Source: Synechocystis sp. PCC 6803 substr. PCC-P
GTDB lineage: Bacteria > Cyanobacteriota > Cyanobacteriia > Cyanobacteriales > Microcystaceae
Length of the DNA stretch: 32,000 bases
Direction: 5' to 3'
Assembly (NCBI RefSeq): GCF_000284455.1
Contig: NC_017039.1
Coordinates: forward strand, 1,110,001-1,142,000
Below the pieces are notes generated by a model. That model searched no databases, had not been told where the DNA came from, and saw only the letters and a program-made list of their open reading frames with translations. Of this stretch, positions 1-7,361 are shown piece by piece. The first letter of the stretch is position 1, and each line of letters opens with the position of its first letter. The translations under genes and the position numbers were made by a program.

Positions 1-1299
1 CCTAACACCAATGATTGATGCATCAAAGAGACGCATCATTAGCTCTCGTGAACTGTATTTTTCGCAGAGACTTTTAGCCTTCTCTTCAAGAAGAGCGAGA
101 AATTCATCGACGGAATCATAACGATGTTGCGTTTGTCGCAACGATTCGACAAGATCACCGAAGTAAGGGAAAAGACGACGATATTCTTGCTTAAGATCTT
201 CCACCTTCCAGCTACTGTATCGTTCTTCAGATTCCCTAATAGTATCTTTAGACACTTCTATTGCATCACTAGCTGATCTTTTCTGGCACTCTTGAAGAAA
301 CTGAATTACTTCTCGTGGCCTCAAGAAAGTGCGTTTTACTATGTAATTAAAAGGTGCAATACCACCACGCATATCTCCCTCCTCAAATATCTCATCAACA
401 GATATATTATTAGGAAGTCGAGCATTGATCATATCTTTTAAAAGTTCTGGACTCCAAATTATTTCTTCTTCGATTGCTCTATGCTTATCTTTGTCATCAA
501 ATTGAAGACCTTGATAAATATCTGACCGAAGAAAAGTAATCACATGAATACCTTTTCCTGTAGCCAATGAATATTTATCATTTATTTCTTTAGTTGCTTT
601 AAGAAGTCCAATCATTAAACTTTTTGATACCTCTGAACCATCCCATGAGTCATCGAGGCGATCTATCGCAACTATAACACCAAGGTCATTACATACGGCA
701 TTTATCGCGTCGAGGAGCAAATCAATAACTTGAGGCGTTAACATTTGTTGCTGCTTGTCACGTTCGAATCCAATACCAAACCCAAAAGCTTCAAGATTGA
801 ATGCGTTCAAGCCTTTTAGTAATGTCCTTACAGTATTTGTTGGTGTTGGTGCATTCTCGCCAAAGTTATTTGTAACAAATTTACAGATACGATCTAATGC
901 CTTCCGAGCATTTTCGTCAAGCCTTTCAGGAGACACGTCTAACAAGACTGCTGAGGCATCAACTGCAATAGTAAATTTCCAAGCATTAGTATGAGCCTGT
1001 TCTAAAAGTAAGCCTTGCTCTTGGTAATCTTTCATTGCCCCCCAAGCATATTGATCTGGTGTCATTAAGCTTACTCGAACACTTTCTTTGTAGCGTTCCG
1101 TAGCCAATCGCAAGAGTTGAGTAAAGATTGCAGACTTTCCAGCTCCCTTTCGACCAAGAAAATGGGCACTACGAAAACGAAGAGATTGGTCTACCTGTGG
1201 TGTACTAATGAAGTAGTCCGCTAACCTCCGGTCAGCTTCTGCATCAACTGTGCCAAAATCTAAATCTTTAATAGTAAGACCTTTATCGGATAATTTCAT
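1..1299 (-). CDS. P-loop NTPase, 3' end cut by the window edge (>=433 aa); candidate defence ATPase partnered with the upstream Abi-alpha gene
   Basis: I translated the minus strand by hand from ATG (1299-1297). The frame stays open for all 433 codons to position 1, and it is absent from the ORF track because it has no stop in the window. Walker A is FLGRKGAGKSAIF (aa 47-59, nt ~1132-1155). A Walker B-like motif is GVIVAIDRLDDSWDG (aa ~207-221). A downstream ITFLRSD motif is sensor-like, and the C-terminal part is helical. The gene is AT-rich and lies 140 nt downstream of the Abi-alpha gene on the same strand. Confidence 0.8.
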   Translation of the reverse strand, partial: MKLSDKGLTIKDLDFGTVDAEADRRLADYFISTPQVDQSLRFRSAHFLGRKGAGKSAIFTQLLRLATERYKESVRVSLMTPDQYAWGAMKDYQEQGLLLEQAHTNAWKFTIAVDASAVLLDVSPERLDENARKALDRICKFVTNNFGENAPTPTNTVRTLLKGLNAFNLEAFGFGIGFERDKQQQMLTPQVIDLLLDAINAVCNDLGVIVAIDRLDDSWDGSEVSKSLMIGLLKATKEINDKYSLATGKGIHVITFLRSDIYQGLQFDDKDKHRAIEEEIIWSPELLKDMINARLPNNISVDEIFEEGDMRGGIAPFNYIVKRTFLRPREVIQFLQECQKRSASDAIEVSKDTIRESEERYSSWKVEDLKQEYRRLFPYFGDLVESLRQTQHRYDSVDEFLALLEEKAKSLCEKYSSRELMMRLFDASIIGVR

Positions 1300-1439
1300 A
1301 TTGATTTCACTGAAAAATTGAAGAATTTACTGTCTTTGTAAGTGGTGCCCGCCGCATAACGCCAAGAGTCAGAAGCAGGTCGAAGTCTATGAAAAGACAG
1401 ATCGCGGCTGCTCTCGTCTTCTACATCTTGATATTAGCT

Positions 1440-2210
1440 CTAGTCCGCGGCCCTTGAATAATAAAAGCGATCTTCAATTGGAAGAACCTCACTCCCGTCG
1501 CTGAGCGTCATTTTACGATCAGTGCAGACTCGCATAAAGTGAATGCCAAATAAGGTGAGTGAGACATGAGCCTTAAAGCTCCTATTTCCATCTTGCATAT
1601 ACCATATACTAATCCTTGCTTCTTCATCGACCGGAGTGTCATCGTATTTATGGATTATCAAGAGGCCCAGACGCTCCAAGTTGTTCAGTGCAACGCTTAT
1701 CTGAACTATATTATATTTACGGGAGTCATTAGCATATGTGAATTCATCCGGTTTTGCCATTACTCTTAAGTGCAGAAGATATAGGACGTTCAACAGTTCA
1801 GCATCGACAATATCAACTTGTTTTAAGACTTCTACAAAAGACTTTGTTGAGTTAGTGCGATCAGATTCTGTTAAAGCAGAGGCAAGTAGGTTTGCCCAGA
1901 GGGTTTGCAGGTTTTCATCATCTTCGGAAAGTGCTGCACCCAGAAGTGGAAGACCAATCCGCAGAGGAAGACTAGAGATTTCTGGATTGCCCCGTTCAAT
2001 TAATATGCGATCCAACTTGTCGCGCAAATGAAGGGCATTGCTAATTTTCCAGTGTTCTGTGTATTGCTTGACAATGTCGCCCAGATCCTGAATCGCCGGA
2101 CCTATAATTTGAGAAATAAATCGAGACAGTTCAGATGTTTTGTCTATGGCATTACTGGTTGCCTTTGCAATCTCCTGCACTGCCTTTGCTGATTCCTCAA
2201 TCTCTGACAT
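1440..2210 (-). CDS. Abi-alpha (Pfam Abi_alpha / DUF4393-like) abortive-infection family protein, 256 aa
   Basis: The ORF-track protein has an N-terminal helical region, IGPAIQDLGDIVKQYTEHWKISNALHLRDKLDRILIERG...LPLRIGLPLLGAALSEDDENLQTLWANLLASAL. This matches my recollection of the Abi_alpha hallmark (P.LE.aS.EdD..Lq.lWAnLLA.A). I do not recognise the C-terminal ~130 aa. A GGAG Shine-Dalgarno sits 4 nt before the ATG. Confidence 0.7.
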   Translation of the reverse strand: MSEIEESAKAVQEIAKATSNAIDKTSELSRFISQIIGPAIQDLGDIVKQYTEHWKISNALHLRDKLDRILIERGNPEISSLPLRIGLPLLGAALSEDDENLQTLWANLLASALTESDRTNSTKSFVEVLKQVDIVDAELLNVLYLLHLRVMAKPDEFTYANDSRKYNIVQISVALNNLERLGLLIIHKYDDTPVDEEARISIWYMQDGNRSFKAHVSLTLFGIHFMRVCTDRKMTLSDGSEVLPIEDRFYYSRAAD

Positions 2211-2238
2211 GGGTCTCCTGTTGGTAAGCTAGCTAAGG

Positions 2239-2287
2239 ATTATACAGAAACTTTTCGTATATCACTCCCAAATAGAATGATTGTAAA
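2239..2287 (-). promoter_or_regulatory. Candidate sigma70-type promoter elements for the Abi-alpha/NTPase operon
   Basis: On the minus strand there is a perfect TATAAT (2244-2239) about 28 nt upstream of the ATG at 2210. An alternative pair is TTTACA (2287-2282), a 17-nt spacer, then TGATAT (2264-2259). This is a sequence pattern only, with no transcript data. Confidence 0.3.
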
Positions 2288-2327
2288 CAAGGTTTCCACA
2301 TAACGTTCCTAATGGCGATTGGCAATT

Positions 2328-2488
2328 CTATGACCTATCAGTTTCAAGTGAGTTCAAATCTTGTGGATGAATAGTTGTAATACCTGATATACCAATAAAG
2401 TTGCTTGGATTGAGGGTCAAAAGATGTGTAATTCTATTTGCAAGCATAATCGCATAACGACATTGGTATCAAGCAAATATCGCGTCAT
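2328..2488 (-). pseudogene. vapC: vapC-like PIN-domain toxin remnant (internal deletion plus frameshift)
   Basis: The ATG (2488-2486) overlaps the antitoxin TGA in the classic ATGA arrangement. It reads MTRYLLDTNVV..., a PIN N-terminal motif with the catalytic Asp, and stops after 23 codons at 2417. A second frame reads YAIMLANRITHLLTLNPSNFIGISGITTIHPQDL...*, ending at 2328, which resembles a VapC C-terminus (LvT.N..dF..I.GL). The total is ~160 nt against ~400 nt for an intact PIN gene. Confidence 0.6.
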
Positions 2489-2730
2489 TCTTCGTAAATA
2501 CTGTCGCGATCAAAAGCTTCGTCGGTTAAACTTGGGCTACCTTTAGCAAGTTGCGAAACCCATTCACGAAATTCTCTAGCCCTGTCGGATGGCGTTGCTT
2601 TTTGCCAAAATGGAAGAGACGATGCAACTTGTTTAGACTGAAACTCAATGAAAGCCATGAAATCAGCAATTTTTTCAACTTGCTCATCATTCAGTTCGTC
2701 TAATTTTTCTTTTAGATTTTCTCTCAGCAT
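2485..2730 (-). CDS. Type II antitoxin, DUF2281/VapB-like, 81 aa
   Basis: The N-terminus MLRENLKEKLDELNDEQVEKIADFMAFIEF and the C-terminus SLTDEAFDRDSIYEE match the pattern I recall for cyanobacterial PIN-associated antitoxins. The stop codon overlaps the start of the vapC remnant. Confidence 0.65.
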   Translation of the reverse strand: MLRENLKEKLDELNDEQVEKIADFMAFIEFQSKQVASSLPFWQKATPSDRAREFREWVSQLAKGSPSLTDEAFDRDSIYEE

Positions 2731-2785
2731 AGGTAGATTTTGAGAAAATAGATACTTTCCATCGTAACTGATAGGCTCTTAGCTC

Positions 2786-4504
2786 TTAAAACTTAAAGCT
2801 AGTCCTCAAAGCGGCTACCCAAAGGGGATCTCGGCCATTGGCGGGATTAATGCCAATCCAAAAGGCTGGGGTGAGGGAAATGTTATCGTTGAATTGGTAC
2901 AAATAAAAGGTTTCCACAAACCAAGGAGCATCGGTGGTAGCGGGAGTAATATCAGGCACATTATTGTTATTGCTGATAAAAGAAGCATAGGGAGGCTGGC
3001 CCACCGATACCACGCCCACATTACCTTCCTTACCCAAATCGGGAAAAGCTAAGCTAACTTTCCAGTTCCAAATGTCTGCTGTGTCCCCCTGGCGATCGCC
3101 ACTTTTGGCCGTCGCATCGCTATACATACCCCAACCCTCCAAACTAAACCAGTCGGCCAACTGCCAAGTCCAAATAACGGCATAGTGATTAGTACTACTA
3201 GCGGCGTCATCAAACGGATTATCAGTGTTGGCCAAGCCGGTGTAACCCAAAGCGGAAAAACTATCGTATTGCCCCTGGGGAATGTAGTTATGGAGGTAAG
3301 AAAAAGCCACTCCAGTGTTGGCGGCGGGGACATAATTCAACTGGGCCCCTACCCCAAACTGACCGTTAAATAGTCCTTCACTTTGATTGGGGGAAAAACC
3401 CTTACCGGCGGAATAAAAACCTCCCAAACTCAGGTCATCGGTGAAATTATAGGAAAAACCCGCCCCAGGGCCGGAATTGTCGTTGGGTAAATAAATGGGG
3501 GCGATCGCCCCGAAGAAAGACACTGCTCCATCGGTAAAGGAATTGGTGTAGGGAGCGAGGGGGTCCATGATGTCATCCATGGTGATGCGATTACCGGCTA
3601 GCCAGATGCGGGCCCGATCGCCGACCGGGAAACTGTACTGCATTTTATTGATGTTGACATTGCCCTGTTCTTCCGTGGCGGCAAAGTTAAAATCAGTCAA
3701 ATTACTGCCCCCCCGAGCCAGGAAAAAGTTGGCTGATTGTAGACGAATTAGGAGATTATCTTCCCCAGAAAAACTAGTATTAAAGTTAATCCGTTGACGG
3801 AAATTGACCGTAACTTCTCCATTTTGCACCGGTTGATCCGGTGGGCCATCGGCCTGTTCACTGCCTCCAACGCCGGATAAAACCCAAATGGAATCCCCCG
3901 TTAACTTAGTGGTGACGGAAAACTGGCGGTCTTCGAGGTAAGCAATGCGAGTTTCTAGGTTACCAATGCGGGTGTTATAGGCCTGTAATTCCTGTTCAAA
4001 TTGTTGAGCCAAAAGCTTGAGTTTATCAATGTCTTCCCGTAAAACCATCGCATTTTCTTGGATTAAACGCTCCATCACATTCATGCAAGCATTTAAGCCA
4101 GCAGCAAATTCCCAACGACTCAAAGGGCGGGCACGCAGTGTGCCTTCGGCATCGCCTCGGAAGGTACGGTCAGGATAGCCCACAATACAGCCATAACGCT
4201 CCACCAGACTTTGCAGAGCTTCATAAGCCCAGGCTGTGGGCTGCACATCCCGCAACTGATCAACACTGGTCGCTTGGCCCATGGTAGCTTGCAAGCTACT
4301 AACGGAGGTTTTGGCATTGTCGTTGACAGTGAAAGTACTTCCCAAGCGCCGCCGTTGAGGAAAATTATTCTGTGTAGATAAATTGTCTAAATTATTCAAG
4401 GATTGGGCGAAAATGGGCTCCGTATTGCCTCCCCCCACAATGGCTGTGATTAATACAGTAATCCCCAGGGAAGATAGGCAAGTAAACTGTTTAGTGAAGT
4501 TCAT
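2786..4504 (-). CDS. Cyanobacterial outer-membrane porin (N-terminal SLH domain, coiled coil, OprB-type beta-barrel), 572 aa
   Basis: It has a signal peptide (LSSLGITVLITAIVGG) and an SLH motif (DVQPTAWAYEALQSLVERYGCIVGYPDRTFRGD). A coiled-coil linker follows, then an aromatic/Gly-rich barrel ending in ...LRTSFKF. I believe it corresponds to sll1271, from memory. Confidence 0.9.
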   Translation of the reverse strand: MNFTKQFTCLSSLGITVLITAIVGGGNTEPIFAQSLNNLDNLSTQNNFPQRRRLGSTFTVNDNAKTSVSSLQATMGQATSVDQLRDVQPTAWAYEALQSLVERYGCIVGYPDRTFRGDAEGTLRARPLSRWEFAAGLNACMNVMERLIQENAMVLREDIDKLKLLAQQFEQELQAYNTRIGNLETRIAYLEDRQFSVTTKLTGDSIWVLSGVGGSEQADGPPDQPVQNGEVTVNFRQRINFNTSFSGEDNLLIRLQSANFFLARGGSNLTDFNFAATEEQGNVNINKMQYSFPVGDRARIWLAGNRITMDDIMDPLAPYTNSFTDGAVSFFGAIAPIYLPNDNSGPGAGFSYNFTDDLSLGGFYSAGKGFSPNQSEGLFNGQFGVGAQLNYVPAANTGVAFSYLHNYIPQGQYDSFSALGYTGLANTDNPFDDAASSTNHYAVIWTWQLADWFSLEGWGMYSDATAKSGDRQGDTADIWNWKVSLAFPDLGKEGNVGVVSVGQPPYASFISNNNNVPDITPATTDAPWFVETFYLYQFNDNISLTPAFWIGINPANGRDPLWVAALRTSFKF

Positions 4505-4560
4505 TTTTTAAGTGATTTAGTTAACGAAAAAGTCAGACACTAGATGCAAATAAAAAATAG

Positions 4561-4640
4561 ATGGTGGGGAGATTGATCAGTTACAGATTAACTAATAAAA
4601 GGATTGGCAAACTGACTTAATTGGTGGGGAAATTTATCAA
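4561..4640. repeat. Two ~20-nt direct repeats exactly 60 bp apart in the porin upstream region
   Basis: 4561-4580 reads aTGGTGGGGAgATTgATCAg and 4621-4640 reads tTGGTGGGGAaATTtATCAa, 16/20 identical. They lie 57-136 nt upstream of the porin ATG at 4504. Confidence 0.5.
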
Positions 4641-4683
4641 ATGCCTGGATAAACTAAGCATCACAGTTACCGCAGAAACCAAA

Positions 4684-6267
4684 CTAAGCCGTCGCTGCTT
4701 TAGCTTTTTTCTTGGCCCGGCCAATGGGGTCCATGTAATTTTCTAGCCATTTGAAGACGAAGGAAGAAATGGTGGTGAGAAGTAAGTACACCAGAGCGAC
4801 AGCAATGTACACTTCAAATGCTCGATAGGTGGTGGCCACAATTAACTGCCCTTCCCGGAATAGTTCCTGGAAGCCAATCACGGCGGTTAAACTGGTGTCT
4901 TTAATTAGGGTGATAAATTCGTTACCCAGGGGCGGCAAAATACGGCGAAAAGCTTGGGGAAAAATTACTTCCTTCATAGTCTGCCAAGGGGACATACCAA
5001 GGGATTCACAGGCCTCCCACTGGCCCTGATCAATGGATTGGATACCACCTCGAATAATTTCTGCTAGATAAGCGGCCACATTCAAACTGAGGGCAATAAT
5101 GGCCGCCGGGAACCGGTCAATGGTGATGCCCAAGCCAATTTCCTTGAACAGCGCCGGCAAACCGAAGTAGATGATGAATAGTTGCACCAACATGGGAGTA
5201 CCGCGGAAAAACTCCACGTAGATGCGAAATATCAGTTGTAGAGGCTTAATATCGGAAATCAAGGCGATCGCCACTCCGGTGCCACCGATTAAACCAAAGA
5301 AAACGGAAAAGGCGGTGAGGAGAACGGTGAGTATGGAACCTTTAAAGAGATTGCGGAACAGGGTGATGAGAAAGTTATCGTTGGGGTTAGCTTGACTGCG
5401 TTCGGTCAGGCTCTGGGCCGTGCCCACTTTACCCACCAGGGAAGGGGCTACTAGGGGGAGAAAGGGGGGATTTTTTTCGCCAAACCATTTTTCATAGATG
5501 GCGTTATAGGTGCCATTTTCAATAATTTGGAATAAACCTTGGTTGAGCACTTCCCTAGTTTGATTAATTTCCCCAGGAGGAGCCAGGGGCATGGCAATGC
5601 CGTAATAATCTTCACTGCCAACATCGGCACTAATTTTGACGTTTCTCAAACCTGCGTCTTTGATGGCGTAGAGCAATACTGGGCGGTCATTGATCACTGC
5701 ATCGGCGTTCCCGTTGACCAATTCCTGGAGAGCAGAGGTAATGGAATCAAAGTTGGTAACTTTAGCCCCAGGTACGTTAGTCGCTACCATCGCCCCAGTG
5801 GTACCGATCGCCACCGCTAATCTTTTCCCCTCCAAATCCTTCAGGTTTTTGATGGTGTCGTTGCCATCCTGCACGGCGATCGCCAGCACCGATTTAAAAT
5901 AGGGACTGGAAAAGGACACCGACTGGGCCCGCTCTGGGGTAATGGTAATGGCACTGATGGCCGCCCCCACCGTATTGGATTGCAAGGCGGGGATAATGCC
6001 GTCGAAGGGATAGCCCTGAATATCAACGGTGACCTGGGCCGCTTCTCCGATCGCCTGAATCAAATCCACATCAAAACCGGTTAATTGCCCCGTGGCTTCA
6101 TCGGTCATTTCAAAAGGAGGAAAGGTGGGTTCCGTGGCCACAATGATGGTTTGGCGGGAAACCTGGGAAAAGGCCGGTAATAACGGTATGGCGATCGCCA
6201 ACAGTACTCCCAAAGCCAGCAACAGATAATAACGCCAGGTTTTACCCCAATGGCCCAGTTTAACCAT
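4684..6267 (-). CDS. bgtB: Fused periplasmic solute-binding protein and permease of a polar/basic amino-acid ABC transporter
   Basis: The N-terminal half is family-3 SBP-like (FPPFEM...GFDVDL...). The C-terminal half is a HisM/GlnP-type permease with the EAA loop (EACESLGMSPWQTMKEVIFPQA). The fusion architecture matches Synechocystis BgtB (sll1270) as I recall it. I prefer the ATG at 6267 (MVKLGHW), preceded by GAGGAG, over the GTG at 6276 used in the ORF track. Confidence 0.85.
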   Translation of the reverse strand: MVKLGHWGKTWRYYLLLALGVLLAIAIPLLPAFSQVSRQTIIVATEPTFPPFEMTDEATGQLTGFDVDLIQAIGEAAQVTVDIQGYPFDGIIPALQSNTVGAAISAITITPERAQSVSFSSPYFKSVLAIAVQDGNDTIKNLKDLEGKRLAVAIGTTGAMVATNVPGAKVTNFDSITSALQELVNGNADAVINDRPVLLYAIKDAGLRNVKISADVGSEDYYGIAMPLAPPGEINQTREVLNQGLFQIIENGTYNAIYEKWFGEKNPPFLPLVAPSLVGKVGTAQSLTERSQANPNDNFLITLFRNLFKGSILTVLLTAFSVFFGLIGGTGVAIALISDIKPLQLIFRIYVEFFRGTPMLVQLFIIYFGLPALFKEIGLGITIDRFPAAIIALSLNVAAYLAEIIRGGIQSIDQGQWEACESLGMSPWQTMKEVIFPQAFRRILPPLGNEFITLIKDTSLTAVIGFQELFREGQLIVATTYRAFEVYIAVALVYLLLTTISSFVFKWLENYMDPIGRAKKKAKAATA

Positions 6268-6614
6268 GCCCTTCACTCCTCATCGTTGGCGGTAGTTCCT
6301 TGGCATTTTCCCCCAAGGGGGATTATTGCGGCGGAGACCATCAACAAACTTAATAAACTTTTCATAACCTTGGTCAGTATTGTCGCAAAAGCAGACTAAA
6401 ACAGCATTGCAGAATACAGTTTTTCTAGGTTGGGCAGTGTGGGAAGGCAAATTGAGGCAATTTTGGCACAAAAGCAAACCCCCACAGAATCCTAAAATTC
6501 TCCGGGGGAAACGCATAGTTTCGAGTCTATGAAGCTTGCAACGAAGTCGATCGGTACGATAAGTTGGGTCTAATCGAAGGATTAATCACCGTTGGTTAAT
6601 AGGCTTACATCAGT

Positions 6615-6884
6615 CTAGTTAGCCGATACGGGCTCTTGCCGCAGGGCTTGAAAATAGTTGTCCCAAAATTGTTTTTGGGCATCGATCATCATTGTGGCGG
6701 ATTTTTCCTGGGCTTCCAGGTAGCTTTTGACCATTTCCTCTTGTAATTTCAAACTGGTTTCAAAGGTATCGGTCAATTTAATTTCAGCGGTGCCTTTGGG
6801 CAGGCTTTCCATCCAAGTGCTAAAAAATTTCTTTTGCCAGTCCAGTAACTGGGTTTGGTATTCTTCAAAAAACTGGGTGTTCAT
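6615..6884 (-). CDS. phaP: Small all-helical phasin-like protein, 89 aa; possibly the PHB-granule phasin PhaP (Ssl2501)
   Basis: The composition is amphipathic and helical with W/F/Q/E-rich repeats (FFEEYQTQLLDWQKKFFSTWMESL...QKQFWDNYFQAL). The identification with Ssl2501 rests on my recollection of the locus numbering next to sll1270, not on an alignment. Confidence 0.45.
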   Translation of the reverse strand: MNTQFFEEYQTQLLDWQKKFFSTWMESLPKGTAEIKLTDTFETSLKLQEEMVKSYLEAQEKSATMMIDAQKQFWDNYFQALRQEPVSAN

Positions 6885-7361
6885 AGGGCTAAAACCGCTA
6901 ATATCCCTAAACGTTCAAGGGTTTAAGGGGAAGCAGGGCGGTGCAGACCACTTCCAATGAATATCGGTATCGCACGTCTCCATTATAGTGATTGGCCTTG
7001 GCCTCCCCAGGGAAAAGTCCGGGGGAATATCACCAAAGTCTGACATCTTTTGCCCCCTTCTTTTCACTAGTCAACCCTAAAAGCTGAGCTTAGAAGCAGA
7101 AGCGGCGATCGCCAGTGGTTATCATGGACAATCTGTTCACTACGGTGATTAGAAATTGATGGCAAAGGGCAGATTAGTTTTCTGTCACTGTGTCAACTGT
7201 CCTTAACAATGCCCGATGGGGTAGGTGTAGAGTCTTGGCAGAGACCTTACACTACTCTAAAGTTAGCATCGCTGTTGTGAGCCTGGATTGCCGGAGTAAC
7301 TAATGGTGGTTATAGAAGGCGATCGGGCTTCTGTACTTTGAGCTAGCGTCGGCTAGCCTGG

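Noticed and set aside
762-771. GTTCGAATCC, a tRNA T-loop-like decamer.
   Set aside because: The flanking bases (tcac / aata) cannot form a T-stem, and no acceptor or anticodon arms are present. It lies in-frame inside the NTPase coding sequence (..GFERD..).
755-2031. Plus-strand ORFs 755-994, 1566-1769 and 1738-2031, antisense to the NTPase and Abi-alpha genes.
   Set aside because: They are short with low-complexity products, and each is fully contained in a longer minus-strand frame that carries recognisable motifs (Walker A/B, the Abi_alpha block).
2815-4317. Out-of-frame ORFs nested in the porin gene (2815-3021, 3049-3333, 3185-3373, 3567-3797, 4120-4317).
   Set aside because: They are shadow frames of a confident 572-aa SLH/OprB porin, and their products are Pro/Trp/Leu- or Arg-rich with no features.
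7158-7205. A 15-codon ORF, MAKGRLVFCHCVNCP, in the glgP upstream region.
   Set aside because: It is too short to support without conservation or ribosome data, and it has no Shine-Dalgarno. I noted it only for the CxCxxC pattern.
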